Assembly (NCBI RefSeq): GCF_006345805.1
Contig: NC_043003.1
Location: 99,820,001-99,884,000, forward strand
Length of the DNA: 64,000 bases
DNA from: Octopus sinensis
Lineage: Eukaryota
Direction: 5' to 3'
The notes under the pieces are model-generated. The model saw nothing but the letters and a program-made list of their open reading frames with translations, was not told where the DNA came from and did not search any database. Position 1 is the stretch's first letter. The number at the start of each line of letters is the position of its first letter. The position numbers and the translations under genes are program-made. This document shows positions 50,300 to 64,000 of this stretch, piece after piece.

Positions 50300-50420
50300 T
50301 CTTAGAGCGTCTTTGATCATAAATCTTTCTTGACCACAACTATCCCACTTTTTCTCTGACCATCTGAAAATTCCATCTCCTTTAGCTGTACCACTCTTTG
50401 GGCACTCAATATATATCAAA
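50300..50420 (-). mobile_element. Possible mariner C-terminal relic
   Basis: DGIFRWSEKKWD resembles the mariner C-terminal GI..L..RW motif; the match is short. Confidence 0.3.
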
Positions 50421-51715
50421 GATCAAACTCTGTCACTGTACCATGACACTGTATGGTGTGTAGGTGTACTCTGTATGGTTTGCTAGTCTACTGTGAGTTT
50501 TGACATGAGTTGGAAACTAAGTGATTTCATATTCTATCGCACTACTGGACACCTTGAGTGAATGTCTGCTGCTATTGCCCCATGTCAAGCACAGATTTGT
50601 GAATAAAATTTGGTGAAAGAGGAACCATATTGCAACCCATTGCAGGAACTGTACTTATACTTCTTTTGTAGATTTAATCTATAACTCAGTTTAGCTCCAC
50701 TACCACTTTGTATATCCAGTCTGTTGTAAACATTCAATTACAAGTCTCTATGTATAACTTGATCCCTTCAGTGTTGGAGGACTTGAAATGGATCATGTAT
50801 ATAGAGACCTCTCTTCCATAATTTCATTAAGTTAGTACAAACAAAAAAAGAAATTTTCATTACAATGGGAAGATTCTAGAATGTGCTTACTGAGTTCTTT
50901 GTGATCTGACTGCATCACAGCATGCTGAATGAGAGAATCATGTCTGGTAAAATTAATCCAGTGACATGCAGGTTTTTTTGTTGTTGTTTTTTGTCTTGGC
51001 TCAACTAAAGGATTGGGTTTTAACATTGAAAGAGTACAAAGAACTTAGCCACCTAAATAGACTTTGCTCTTTTTTGGTGTCATGTTGTATGTGTGAATAA
51101 ATGCCTCCAAAGCCATGGGTACAGACATTACTATGTTATTAAGAAGTTCTCTTTACATCACAGACATTTGGTTTGGGGTTCAAATCCTGTGCATGGCACA
51201 TCAGACCTTTTTCTTCAGAAATATAGTCTTCAGTTGATCGGTGACTCATGAGTGGAATTTTGTTGATAGAAACTGTGTTGAAGTCCATCATATATGCACA
51301 CATTATTAAGTCCTGGTACAGCATGTTTGTGATTAAATTGTGCATAAATTAACATCTGCACATTTAATAAACATACATTTAGCCTCACATTCTAAATTGA
51401 TCATGCTATTAAACAACTGATATCATTGTTGACAGGGAAGGAAAACATGTTAGCTGCTCATCCAGTGGGTTTATTTCCTCACATACATATAGAGAGAAAT
51501 ATTAACCAACAATTACTATGACTAATGTTATGAAAAATTAGCTCTGTTTTTGCCATTCAAAAGGCCCTGCTGGCTGCACTGCAGTTTTGCCATGACTGTC
51601 ATGCGGTTCACTGTGTAGTGCTAGGGTTTTATTTTATTTAGTGGCTTATGGTTACATGGTTGAGCATAATATAGCACTGGTGCACAGTGTCTTACATTCA
51701 TATAAGTGTGTTATA

Positions 51716-52581
51716 CACGGTGTCCCGAAAGTCACAGATGGGTTTCAGTTTTTTAATAATTTCCGTAACTTTACAAATAGATGCATGAAATTTTGATACA
51801 ATAGTGGAAATTAATATGCACAAGTCAAATTTTGCAACACTACTACATCTAATATGGAAAATGACATTGCTTAAATGGCAGCCATTTTCGGCTTCGCACA
51901 CCCATGCTCTTTCCAAAACTTACACCATAACACCCTCAAGAGTTTCAGATCCCACTTCTCTGATTTTTCTATTGATGTCCTCCTTCAGTTGCACCAGGGT
52001 CTCTGGTTTGTTGATGTAAATCCATTCTTTCAGGTATCCCCACAAAAAAAAAGATCCAGGCTAGTCAAGTCTGGGGAACAGGAAAGCCATTCAAAGTAGA
52101 CCTCGCACATAGTTCCAGCAAGGTGGGGCAACTGCTCATACCCCAAGAGAAACAATGCAGTTGCTACAGCAGTACTTTGGAGAGAGAATAATTTCCTGTT
52201 AAGGCAATGTCAACTAGCTTTCACATTCCCCAGACTTGACTAGCCTGGATTTTTTTCTTGTGGGGATACCAGAAAGAGAGGGTTTACATCAACAAACCAG
52301 AGACCCTGGTGCAACTGAAGAAGAACATCAATAGAGAAATCAGAAGTGGGGTCTGAAACTCTTGAGGGTGTTATGGTGCAAGTTTTGGAAAGAGCACGGG
52401 TGTGCAAAGCTGAAAATGGCTGCCATTTAAGCAATGTTATTTTGTGATGTTGCAAAATTTGACTTGTGCATTTCAATTTCCATTATGTCCTTTATATTGT
52501 ATCAAAATTCTATGCCTTTATTTGTAGAGTTAAGAAGGTTATTAAAAATTGAAACCCATCAGTGACTTTTGGGACACCCTG
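51716..52581. mobile_element. Foldback Tc1/mariner derivative with ~350-bp inverted arms
   Basis: TIR CA(C/G)GGTGTCCC(G/A)AAAGTCAC and TA TSDs. Both arms encode a transposase C-terminus (SPDLTSLDFFLWG..KPETLVQLK). Confidence 0.85.
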
Positions 52582-52659
52582 TATATATAGATTATCATTT
52601 TTTTTAATGTCCATATTCTCTGTTGGCATAGGTAGAATAGTTTGACAGGATCCAGTGGG

Positions 52660-53045
52660 TCCAAGAACGGCAGCATGGATGTGTGGCTTAAAAGCTTGCT
52701 TCCCAACCATGTTGTCTTAAATTCAGTCCCATTGCACAGCACCTTAGGCAAATGTCTTCTTCTATAGCTCCATGATGACCAAAGCCTTGTGAGTGGATCT
52801 GGTAGGTAGAAACTGAAAAGTGCCCATCATTTGTGTGTGTGTGTATGTTTGTAGTGTGTTTGTACCCCACTACCACTTGACAGCCGGTATTTGTTTGTTT
52901 ACGTTCCCATAACTTAGCATTCTACAAAAGAGATCGGTGGAATAAGTACTAGGTTTAAAAAATTAAGTACTGGGATCAATTCGTTTGACTAAACCCTTCA
53001 AGGCAATGACCAAAGATGGCTGTAATCCAATGACTGAAACAAGTA
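52660..53045 (+). mobile_element. Degenerate tRNA-derived SINE
   Basis: Same family as 37165 and 56269. Confidence 0.7.
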
Positions 53046-53380
53046 AAAGATATATGCATATATATAATTGGTTCATTCTTTCTATGGTCATTTTTTTCCA
53101 TGCTTTCATGGATTGAATGGATATCCTCCTGGGGTATTTGTTTTACTGCCAGATGACCTTCATGCTACTAACCCTTACCTGTATTTCAAGTCAGAAATCC
53201 CTTACTCCACATGTTTTGGAAGCATGAAATGATCAGACAGGAGAAGCTGAAGACAACACACTGACTGTCACATAAGCAATCACAGATGTAAACACACTCA
53301 CTCATACACACACACATATATATATGTATATATATATATATACTTTATTATTAAAACTGCAAAAGTATCATCTTGATCAC

Positions 53381-53422
53381 AACTGCCTGATGAACGAGAC
53401 CGTGAAACTCTAAGTAGCAGTT
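53381..53422 (+). ncRNA. Canonical-core minimal type I hammerhead ribozyme, GUA triplet
   Basis: AACTGC CTGATGA ACG AGAC CGT GAAA C TCTAA G TA GCAGTT. Confidence 0.85.
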
Positions 53423-53499
53423 TTATGTGATATTTTTATAGTTTTAATATTACTCCACATTACTCCAAAGCATATTACTCCACCTCCTGTATTTGACTA

Positions 53500-53950
53500 C
53501 TATTTTTTACCACCTTGTTTCACATTTATGTGCTTACTCGAATTCACGAAAAAAACAAAAGACAAAGACAGGTGGTGTAGAAAACAAACAGATGTATTAG
53601 TATAACACTCAGGAATAGAAAAAGTCTTTAACGCTTCGAGCCTACGCTCTTCCACAGAAAGGAACACAGAAAGAAACAAGGAGAGAAAAAAAATGTGTAT
53701 GGTGGCTACCAATCTATCATATATATATATATATGTGTGTGTATGTATATAGGCACATGTTGGACCACTGAACTCTACCCAGGTTTTTTCATTCTCTTGC
53801 TATTCATATCTTCTTATTCCTTTCTGTCAATGAGTGTATCCTTGAAACATAAAAGACTTGTCCATTTTTCCTGAGCACCAAAAAAAACACTTGCTTGTTG
53901 TTCCTACACCTGTCTTTGTCTTTCGTTTTCCTATAAATTTGGACTATGTC
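53500..53950. mobile_element. Two PLE pseudo-LTR fragments in opposite orientation (53500-53720 minus, 53770-53950 plus) with degenerate hammerheads
   Basis: Motif at 53625-53663 (CTGTGGA..GAAG) and at 53818-53856 (CTGTCAA..GAAACATA). Confidence 0.65.
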
Positions 53951-54409
53951 TGTGTGAGAGAGAGATTATCATTGTCATGTGTATTATATTCTTGTTCATA
54001 CAACCAAAGCATTCACAAAGTACATAAAGCAATCAAGACTCCATGAGTAGTGATATATTTATTTCTTTAATTAATAACTAGTTTACAAAATTATAAATGT
54101 TCCTACTTTTATGCTCTTCTCCAAAATAGTGACTGAAAATTAGTGTGGGTGTTAAAGAAGCAGCTCAGAAGGAAAATAAGGAAAGAATATCAAATGGATG
54201 ATGAAAAGAAAGAAAATATACTGGTGTTTTTTTAAGGAGTAGGAAAGGGAAGGTAACAGAAAACTAATATGGCAGAGAGCACTCTCTACCATCATTTTCC
54301 CACCACTTTCTTCCTTCAAGTTGAGGGTGCTGGGATGTATGGCTATAGAGGCTAGGTACAGAATACTGATCTTTGATTTATGGGTGAATGTAGCCATTTT
54401 AAAGTTAAC

Positions 54410-55170
54410 ATAATGCATATGGCTCAATGGTTAGAGTGTCAGACTCACAATCATGAGGTACGGAGTGTGATTCCTGGACTAGGCTGCGTGTTGTGTTCTT
54501 GAGCAAGACACTTTATTTCACGTTGCTCCAGTTCACTCAGCTGTAGAAATGAGTTGCGATGTCACTGATGTCAAGCTGTATCAGCATTTGCCTTTCCCTT
54601 GGATAACATCAGTGGTGTAGAGAGGGTATGCATGGGCAGCTGCTGGTCTTCTATAATCAAACTTGCCTGGACTTCAACCTTTGAGGGTAACTTTCCAGGT
54701 GTAATACCATGGTTATTTATGACTGAAGGGGGTCCTTGCCTCTTTTAATGCATACCTAAATGAGGAACAGATTTTTTCTTTTATTAAAAGTGGGCAATAA
54801 GTTACTCTTCATTATCATCATCCTTTAATGTCTGTTCTACATGCTGGCATGGATTGTATGGCTTGACCGGAGCTGGCCGACTGAAGAGCTGCCTGGACTC
54901 CATGTCTGTTTTGGCATGGTGTCTATAGCCATATACCCTTCCTAATGCTAACCACTTTACACAGCACCAGCATGGGTGCTTTCATATGGCACTGTCATGG
55001 GTGCCTTTTACGAGGCACCAGCACCCATGATCCTGCCAAATCAGGATTGCTCAGCTGGAGAAAAATGCAGGGAACATGTCTCTATGCAAGAACAATCATG
55101 ATTTTACTTAGCTGGACATGTCTTCTCAAGCACAGCAAAACTGCCAGGAATCTTGGTCCATTGTGAGGCC
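54410..55170. mobile_element. Two degenerate SINEs (54410-54720 plus, 54800-55170 minus)
   Basis: tRNA-like head TGGCTCAATGGTTAGAG. The second has a CATCATCATC tail and a core like the 20245 family. Confidence 0.65.
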
Positions 55171-55867
55171 CAACATCTACTGCCATAATTCTTTCTCCTA
55201 TATTTACAAGGCCTGCAATTTTGGTGGAAGTGGGGATTGTCAATTACAACAATCCCAGTACTCAACTAGTATTATTTTATTGACCTCTAAAAGATGAAAG
55301 GCAAAGTTGACCTCAACAGTATTTGAACTCTGAATGTAAAGAGATGGAAGTGTTTTTCATCAGCTGTCAGTTATATTATCCAACAGATTACTCCTAACTA
55401 AATACTTCTTTGGTACTTGTCTCACTTAGAAGATAACATTGGTATTACTGCTCCCTGATACAAACTTATCATTGTTTTAATGGCCACTTTTCCATGCTTG
55501 CATAGACTGGATGGAGTTTTATTGAGGCAGATTTTCTACAGCCAGATGCCCTTGTTACTAACCCTTGCCTGTTTTCAAACAAAGTAATATTTCCCATGGC
55601 CAGACATGTTTGTGCAAAATATTGGAAATCAATGATTCTGTTGTATGACAGTGACACTCATTTACCACAAGACAAGGAAACACACACATATACATACACA
55701 CATTTATATATATATATATTGTATGTATATGTTTATTAGTATTTAGCAGAAACAACAGCGTAACTCAAGGTCTGAGAGTTTCGTGCACTGCTACTTATCA
55801 AACTCTGCTACGTCTGCTAAATATTCATAAAAATATGCTCATATTTCTTTCCTGTTTACATTAACAT

Positions 55868-56268
<401 letters not shown>

Positions 56269-57100
56269 GCAGGAGTGGCTGTGTGGTAAGTAGCTTGCTT
56301 ACCAACCACATGGTTCTGGGTTCAGTCTCACTGCATGGCACCTTGGGCAAGTGTCTTCTACTGTAGCCTTGGGCCGACCAAGGCCTTGTAAGTGAATTTG
56401 GTATGTATATATATATGTATATGTTTGTGTGTCTGTGTTTGTCCCCCCAACATCGCTTGACAACCGATGCTGGTGTGTTTACGTCCCCGTCACTTAGCGG
56501 TTCAGCAAGAGAGACCGATAGAACAACTACTAGGCTTAGAAAGAATAAGTCGTGGGGTCGATTTGCTCGAATAAAGGCGGTGCTCCAGCATTGCTACAGT
56601 CAAATGACTGAAACAAATAAAAGAATGAAAGAATATATCATCATCATCATCATCGTTTAACATCTGCTTTCCATGCTAGCATGGGTTGGACGATTTGACT
56701 GAGGTCTGGCGAACTAGATGGCTGCACCAGACTCCAATCTGATCTGGCAGAGTTTCTACAGCTGGATCCCCTTCCTAATGCAAACCACTCCGTGAGTGTA
56801 GTGGCACGTTTCCACTGGCATGAGGGCCAGTCAGGGATACTGGCAGCGACCACGCTCAAATGGTACTTTTTATGTGCCACCTGCACAGGAGCCAGTCCAG
56901 CAGCACTGGCAATAAATGTTTTTTCACGTGCCACTAGCACAAGTGCCAGTAAGGCGCCACAGGTAACAATCATGCTCAAATGGTGCTTTTTATGTGCCAT
57001 CAGCATTGATGCCAGCTTGTTGCTCTGGCAATGATCGTGCTCGTATGGTACTCTTAACGCTCCACTAGCACAGATGCCAGTCATCAAATTTGATTTCTAT
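56269..57100. mobile_element. Tail-to-tail SINE pair (56269-56640 plus, 56640-57100 minus)
   Basis: A/B boxes TGGCTGTGTGG and GGTTCAGTC in the first. The second carries a (GAT)n tail. Confidence 0.75.
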
Positions 57101-57106
57101 TTCATA

Positions 57107-57620
57107 TCTATATATATAAAACTGTAGTTGTGTGAGTGTCTGTCCCCTTCGATTTAGATTCCTAACTACTCCCACATTTTGCGGTGCAGTTTAACCAAAT
57201 TCGGGTATCTTATAGTCGTGATTCATATCGAGCCCGTCTGAGTATTAGCGCACGTCAACGATGAGTCTACGATTTTAAAAATAATTTAACATCATTTTTT
57301 ATTCCATTTTAATGCATAATTTTTCGTGTGTCGATGGCGGCGGAGTTGGCGTCCACGCTCAAACACCTGCACCTGTTTGCTTCTCCCCTTCTTCCCTCCC
57401 TCGTGAAGCTGTGGGGAAGGGAGTGTAAGGAAATCAACATCGTAAAGCGTTGTCAAGGAGACCAGCGTTGTTTTAGAACAACGACTTCATGGCTTGAAGA
57501 CACCAAAACAGAAATGGTTAAGAAAGCCCGAATTGGCATCTATAAGGGAAGTAACTCTCTAAAAATGCCTATATAGTTATTTCCTTTACAAACCCGAGCA
57601 ACGCCGGGCAATACTGCTAG
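57107..57620 (+). mobile_element. Complete 514-bp non-autonomous Helitron
   Basis: A|TC...CCCGAGCAACGCCGGG hairpin...CTAG|T. Near-identical to 29558-29970. Confidence 0.9.
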
Positions 57621-57701
57621 TATATATATATATATGTGTGTGTGTGTATACATATATATATATGTATACACATATATATATATTTATACATATATATATT
57701 T

Positions 57702-57740
<39 letters not shown>

Positions 57741-57949
57741 TAAACACACATACATATATGGGTACAGGGTGTCACCAACAGTAAACATGAAATATGAAAA
57801 CAATGAGTTGAATATGCAAACAACGATAGTAACAAATGGAAAACAGGACGAGTAACATAAAGAACGACCCTTCATCAGTTTTCAGCTGTCTATTTACTCC
57901 TCATTTCGAGCATTGAATGACAACACATGCATATGCATACATACATACA

Positions 57950-58650
57950 TATGTCCTTGCACCGGGGCCATCTGGACACCCGTTTTCACCATGAGCAGGG
58001 ATTAATCTCCACTCTTCGCTCCTTTGCACCACATGGGCTCAACTCTCCTCCTCTCTTCCTCTCACACCTACTTCCTCCCACCCACCTCTCCTCCCTTGCT
58101 CTGGTACCTACTTCCTCTCTTCACTCCTACCCACTTTCTCCCTTCCACCCTCTCCCTTCATCATCAACCCCTCCCTCGCTACCACACCCCTACACATTCC
58201 AACCCCACCATCACTATACATCCCATCCCTTAGAACCCCCCACCCTTGCTTCCCTCACTCTTGCCCCCCCCACACACCAACAACACACACTACACACCAC
58301 ACCACCCCACAAACACTAGCACTGACCACTTCCCAGCACCTACAACATCATCCATACACCTACACATGCACACGCACACACGTCAATGTCACCAGCTCCC
58401 TTCCACACACACGCTCTCGCATACACATGCACCTTTGTTTTGAGACCACTACTACTCCTAGCCCTCCTGTATGACCCCATTAGAGATCGCTAGCCACTAA
58501 ACCTTTTTCTATTTTCTCTCCCTGTTTATTCCTGTGTTTCTGTCGAAGAGCATAGGCTCAAAATGTAAAAGACTTTCTCACTTCCCGAGCATTAAACTAA
58601 TACATCTGTTTGTTGTTTACACACTCGTCTTCATCATTTTTTTTGTAAAT
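57950..58650 (+). mobile_element. PLE 3' end (end of the GIY-YIG domain, C-rich UTR, pseudo-LTR with decayed hammerhead at 58537-58572)
   Basis: RFHHEQGLISTLRSFAPHGLN, and TTT CTGTCGA AGAGC ATAG GCTC AAAATGTA AAAGA. Confidence 0.7.
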
Positions 58651-58883
58651 TTTCACTATATGTATATATATTTATATATATATATGTATATATATAGGAT
58701 GTAGAGGGGCTGGCACAGAACCACCAGTGATGGAGAGCACTGATGGATCTGGCCAACTCTACACATGATAATGTCTCTGGGATGACTAACCTGGGATGAC
58801 TCCAGCCTCCATGAAGTAAGCAAACAAGCAATATATATATATATAACAAAGTGGAGTTGTAAGGTACCGCACGAGTGGAAATA

Positions 58884-59562
<679 letters not shown>

Positions 59563-59956
59563 GTGTGTGTGTGTGTATATATATATATACATATGTGTAT
59601 ATATATATGTATGTATGAATATATATAGGAGAAGGAAACTGGGATAACTTCGACATAAAACCTGTGGCTCAGTGGTTACCAATGATGTTGACTTGTTCTT
59701 CTTTTCGGATTATGACTACTGTTGCTTAGTGAGTAGGATTGACTCAGTGCACAGCCTTTCCTCACTTTAAAAAAAAAATCTTCTTACACAGGCATTGCAC
59801 GATAACAACATTGATTAAGCTTCGTGCAATGGTCATACTCGATAATGAGGGGGCAGCCACCATGTATATATATATATATATGTATGTATATGTATATATA
59901 TATGTATGTATATGTATATATATATATGTATGTGTATGTATATATATATATGTATG

Positions 59957-59989
<33 letters not shown>

Positions 59990-60012
59990 GTATGTATATG
60001 TGTATGTATATG

Positions 60013-60052
<40 letters not shown>

Positions 60053-60059
60053 TATATAT

Positions 60060-60430
60060 GTATGTATATATCCTTAAATCCTTAAAAATGTTTTAGCCCG
60101 AAGGCCACGGCCATGCTGAGGCACCACCATTGAATGAGCTACACTAATATGTGAATTCACCTCTGATACGTGGCACTTGATCAACAAGGGAGTTCGATGC
60201 CGCTGCCCGCATCTGTGTCTCCTGTCGTGAGGTAGGTTCATCTGGGACCCCCGACAAGAAGAGATCCAATTTAGTTTTAAAGAAACCCACATCCACACCA
60301 TTCAAGTCTCTCAGGCATTTAGGGAGGATGTTAAAGAGCTGTGGTCCTCTGAAACCCAAGCTGTTGCAGTATCTGGTCCTGTATTTTGATGGTGATGTTG
60401 GAATCTTTGGCACCATGCAGTGGCGCCCCG
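60060..60430 (-). mobile_element. 3' fragment of a CR1/L2-group LINE
   Basis: [42 protein letters not shown], followed by a TTTAAGGA repeat tail. Confidence 0.7.
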
Positions 60431-60478
60431 TTCTGCATATATATATGTATGTATATATATATATATATGTATGTATGT

Positions 60479-60536
<58 letters not shown>

Positions 60537-60546
60537 TGTATATATG

Positions 60547-60578
<32 letters not shown>

Positions 60579-60711
60579 TATGTATATATATATATGTATG
60601 TATATATATATATGTATGTATATATATATGTATGTATATATATATATATGTATGTATATATATATATATGTATATTATATATGTATATATATATATGTAT
60701 ATATATATATG

Positions 60712-60742
<31 letters not shown>

Positions 60743-60800
60743 GTATATATATATTATATATATATATATATACATAAATGTGTATATATATATGTGTGTG

Positions 60801-60861
<61 letters not shown>

Positions 60862-61267
60862 CACATAGGGTAAATGTGTTTGGAAGTTGTGGTTTCTTTG
60901 GTATGTTTGTTCCCAAACAACACTTCTTTTAGTGCTGTTGACACCGCCGGATTGAATGGTACTGCCCAGGTGTCAAAACCATAGTGATATCCGTGGGGCA
61001 GCTGATGACTGAGGTATGTTGGATTGTTGGTATGGCTGTGAAATAGTATTATAATACATCCTTTTGATATATATATATACATGCTAATATCATACTGTGA
61101 GAATATACAGACTTTTTTTAGTTTCTGTGTACCATAATTTCTCAGGGCTATAGTAGAAGACACTTACCCAAGGTGATACAGTGGGAAACAAGCTTCTTAA
61201 CCATACAGCCACATTATAATATATTGTATTATGTTATATTATATTATTTTCCTTCTCACCATTACAG

Positions 61268-61374
61268 CTGAAATTTTAGAATTATCTGGAAATGCTGCTC
61301 GTGACAATAAGAAAATCCGTATAGTGCCACGCCATATCTTATTGGCCATTGCTAATGATGAAGAACTTCACCTT
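61268..61374 (+). CDS. macroH2A: macroH2A second coding exon (107 bp)
   Basis: TTACAG acceptor, (A)[41 protein letters not shown] donor. In phase with the exon at 48433. Confidence 0.92.
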
Positions 61375-62523
61375 GTGAGTAGTTTTTAATTTGTTTTAGC
61401 AACATGCTTGTGCATTTTTATGAGTTTTTTTGGTGACTGTCATTATAAAATGTGCATGTCATACTGCTAGTGCATGCATATACAGATACGTGCGTGTGCA
61501 CATACATGCGAGTACTGTCCAAATCTCCGACCAATCACATACAGCTAGCTGGCATTCAATTGGCGTATCAAGTTTTGAGCATTTTGATTGGGTTTTGGAT
61601 AGAAAATTCACAAAAAAATCACTTCTATTGATTTTTTAATGGCTTTGCAGGGTGACTGGTGAAATATAAAGATGTGCACGACCACCCTTGGATGGTTTTG
61701 AATGACCATAGAAAGTGCGAGCCCTCTAACGGAAAAATTGTGGATTTGTATAAAGGACACACACACAGACATTTTGCCGTTTGTATATAGAGAGATTTGT
61801 GTGTGTATGTATATACTAGTTGAGTATCCTGTCATTGCCGGTCAATTTTCACAATAGAATGCATTTATTTCAATTTTTTTAAATACTATCAGACCATATC
61901 TTCCCCAGCAGATAGGCCACTTGATCAGGATGGATTTCTGCACCATTTGGGGCAATTTATAATGTCTCGATAAATGAAGTTTCATGTATTTCCATTTGGT
62001 TCATAGATGTAAAGATTTCTCTTAGTTCGTTGCTGATATTCTGTGAGGGTTTTTCAACTTTGTCAGCCTAATGAAATTCCATTCATGCATGCATATACAC
62101 ACACATACTGAGCTTGAGCATTATTATGTATGGAGAGTGAGAGAGACTGTGATAAATATATAGAATGAGGAGGAAGTGTACAATGAGAAAAACATAAATG
62201 AAAGAGATAGACAAATAGTGAGAAAAATCTTTCCTGTTGTCACAGATTTTGAAATCTTAAAATAAGTTATAAAATTTGATATATTGATGAACTTTTCATG
62301 CTGAATCTGATTTTATGATTCATTTATTCCAGAAAAATTTTAGAAAAATGTTAGAGATTTAAAGTTTGATCATTTTTAACCAATCAGAAAACAGGATTTG
62401 GAAGCTAGCATTTTCTGCATAATAGTTGTCTGTCATAAAATGAAAGTAAACATTACCACAAAGTTTTAAACAAAATGAAAGAAATTACATGTCATATGAA
62501 GAGAGAGAGATGGGGAGTGTTGT

Positions 62524-62755
62524 TGTTATATATATATAATGTATTGAGTATTAAAGGAAGTAGTGAGTACTTAGTATGAAAGATTAAGAAAATGAGAGAG
62601 ACTGAAACAACGTGTTAACGATACGAGATACTTTATTCGACTGCCGTTGTTGTACAAGTTAATTGTTTTGGCGGGAAACAAAGTGAAAGTCCTTTTATCA
62701 AGGGAGACAATGGGCGACGTTGATTGTTCATGTTTGTTGTGATGATTATATAACA
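62524..62755 (-). repeat. 3' LTR (232 bp) of a Ty3/Gypsy element
   Basis: TGTTATATA...TATATAACA inverted ends, an internal AATAAA, and an A-rich polypurine tract immediately upstream on the minus strand. Confidence 0.75.
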
Positions 62756-63043
62756 TTTTTCTTTTTTTTTTTTTCTTTTTTTTATATCATCTGTATCTAC
62801 AGGGAATAATTATTCGTCGTCCACTTTTTGTGGTTTTATTATTTTGTAGTGTTGAATTCTGTAGTTGTGCTGTTTTTGTTTTTTCATGCGTGTTTGTTGA
62901 CTTTGGAAATATATTTTCATAATCTAATTCTTCTGTTATGCGAACGTGTTCGTTTGTTTTAAGAATATGTTGTCTATTTCGTTTGACTGTATTTCCTTCC
63001 TCTGTTATTACTAAGTATGAACGAGGTTGCTCTAGTTTTTTAA

Positions 63044-64000
63044 TTATTTTGCCCCTTCTAAACCAATTGTTGTTAAACTTAATTCTAACCGTGTCGTGTG
63101 GTTTAACTCTGGGAGTTCTGTTGTAATGTTTGATTTCTTCTTTTCGTGAGGCCTGATACCAATTTGTCGTGTGTAGTATGTTGGGAGATTTGTTCGCAAT
63201 GTTCTATTCATTATTTGATTTGCAGGGGATGGTGCACCATTTTGTAATTTAGTCGTGCGTAATGCTAAGAGCGCTAACTGAGGTTCTTCGCCACTTTTGA
63301 ATGCCTTTTTTAGCGTCTTTTTTATTGTCTGTATATTTCTCTCAACCATGCCATTCGCTTGATGATAATGCGGGCTTGTCTTCGTGTGATGAAAATGCCA
63401 ATTTTTTGCAAATTTTTTGAATTCAGCCGAATTGAATTCTGGACCGTTGTCACTTACAACTGTTTGTGGAATTCCGAATTTAGCAAAAGTTTCTTTTAAT
63501 TTTTTGATTACGGTTTTTGACTGGCAATCATTTATTTCGTGTAGATCAAAAAATCTTGTTGTATAGTCAATAATTGTGACATACGAATTTCCAGACAGGT
63601 GAAATACGTCTGTACCCACTTTGGTCCATGGTGTAGTAGGTATTTCATGATTTATTAGTGGTTCGGCTGCTTGTTGATTTTTGTAGTCAATGCAGTATGA
63701 GCATGTGTTAATCATGTCCTTGATTTGAGCGTTAATGCCGGGCCAGTATATACATTCCTTCGCTCTCTCTATGCATTTTTCGATACCCATGTGTCCGGTA
63801 TGTATTTCCTGTAGAGCTTCTCTACGTAATGACTTAGGTACAATTATTCTTGAACCTTTTAGAACGAGACCATTGACGATTGATATTTCATCACGAATAG
63901 ATACGAATGGTTTGATGTTTATTGGTATTTTGTCTTTTGGGGGCCATTCTGTTCTTGTAAATGTGATGAGTGTCTGTAGAGACGGGTCGTCTGCAGTGGC
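63044..64000 (-). CDS. Ty3/Gypsy pol, integrase region; frame continues beyond the window
   Basis: HTGHMG..YWPGI..CSYC zinc motif, VGTDVF, VSDNGPEF and QANGMVERNI (D,D,E). Confidence 0.9.
   Translation of the reverse strand, partial: ATADDPSLQTLITFTRTEWPPKDKIPINIKPFVSIRDEISIVNGLVLKGSRIIVPKSLRREALQEIHTGHMGIEKCIERAKECIYWPGINAQIKDMINTCSYCIDYKNQQAAEPLINHEIPTTPWTKVGTDVFHLSGNSYVTIIDYTTRFFDLHEINDCQSKTVIKKLKETFAKFGIPQTVVSDNGPEFNSAEFKKFAKNWHFHHTKTSPHYHQANGMVERNIQTIKKTLKKAFKSGEEPQLALLALRTTKLQNGAPSPANQIMNRTLRTNLPTYYTRQIGIRPHEKKKSNITTELPELNHTTRLELSLTTIGLEGAK

Noticed and set aside
57860-57915. CTGATGA and GAAA..GTA on the minus strand
   Set aside because: The halves are in permuted order and no stem I or stem II can be formed between them.
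61450-62500. Further Helitron-like ends (TC-like start near 61797, CTAG near 61816)
   Set aside because: The ends are degenerate and could not be paired into a defined element, so they are not listed as features.

Overview
Repeat-dominated eukaryotic DNA, most likely a coleoid cephalopod such as Octopus. This is an inference from the extreme (TA)n/(CA)n/(TC)n/(ACAT)n load and the tRNA-derived SINE families. The only host gene I can support is the start of a core histone macroH2A gene: a 172-bp coding exon at 48433-48604, a 12.7-kb intron and a 107-bp exon at 61268-61374. The rest is nested mobile DNA: R4/Dong-like, RTE, CR1-like and Tx1/L1 LINE relics, Penelope-like element (PLE) fragments and pseudo-LTRs, a head-to-tail Helitron array with a frameshifted RepHel gene, mariner/Tc1 derivatives, SINEs, and the 3' end of a Ty3/Gypsy element. 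Two observations stand out. (1) A 1.7-kb TSD-flanked element with an intact ORF1/Gag-like gene, no ORF2 and an extra C-terminal domain (a HAL1-like derivative of the Tx1 family also present in this window) sits 12 bp upstream of a hammerhead ribozyme in a 365-bp PLE/retrozyme-like unit. (2) About 14 type I hammerhead motifs from six PLE-type repeat families, several with family-wide core variants (A6U, U4C, U3-A8, U10.1-U11.1). All motifs, pairings and alignments were read by eye; no database search or folding program was run.
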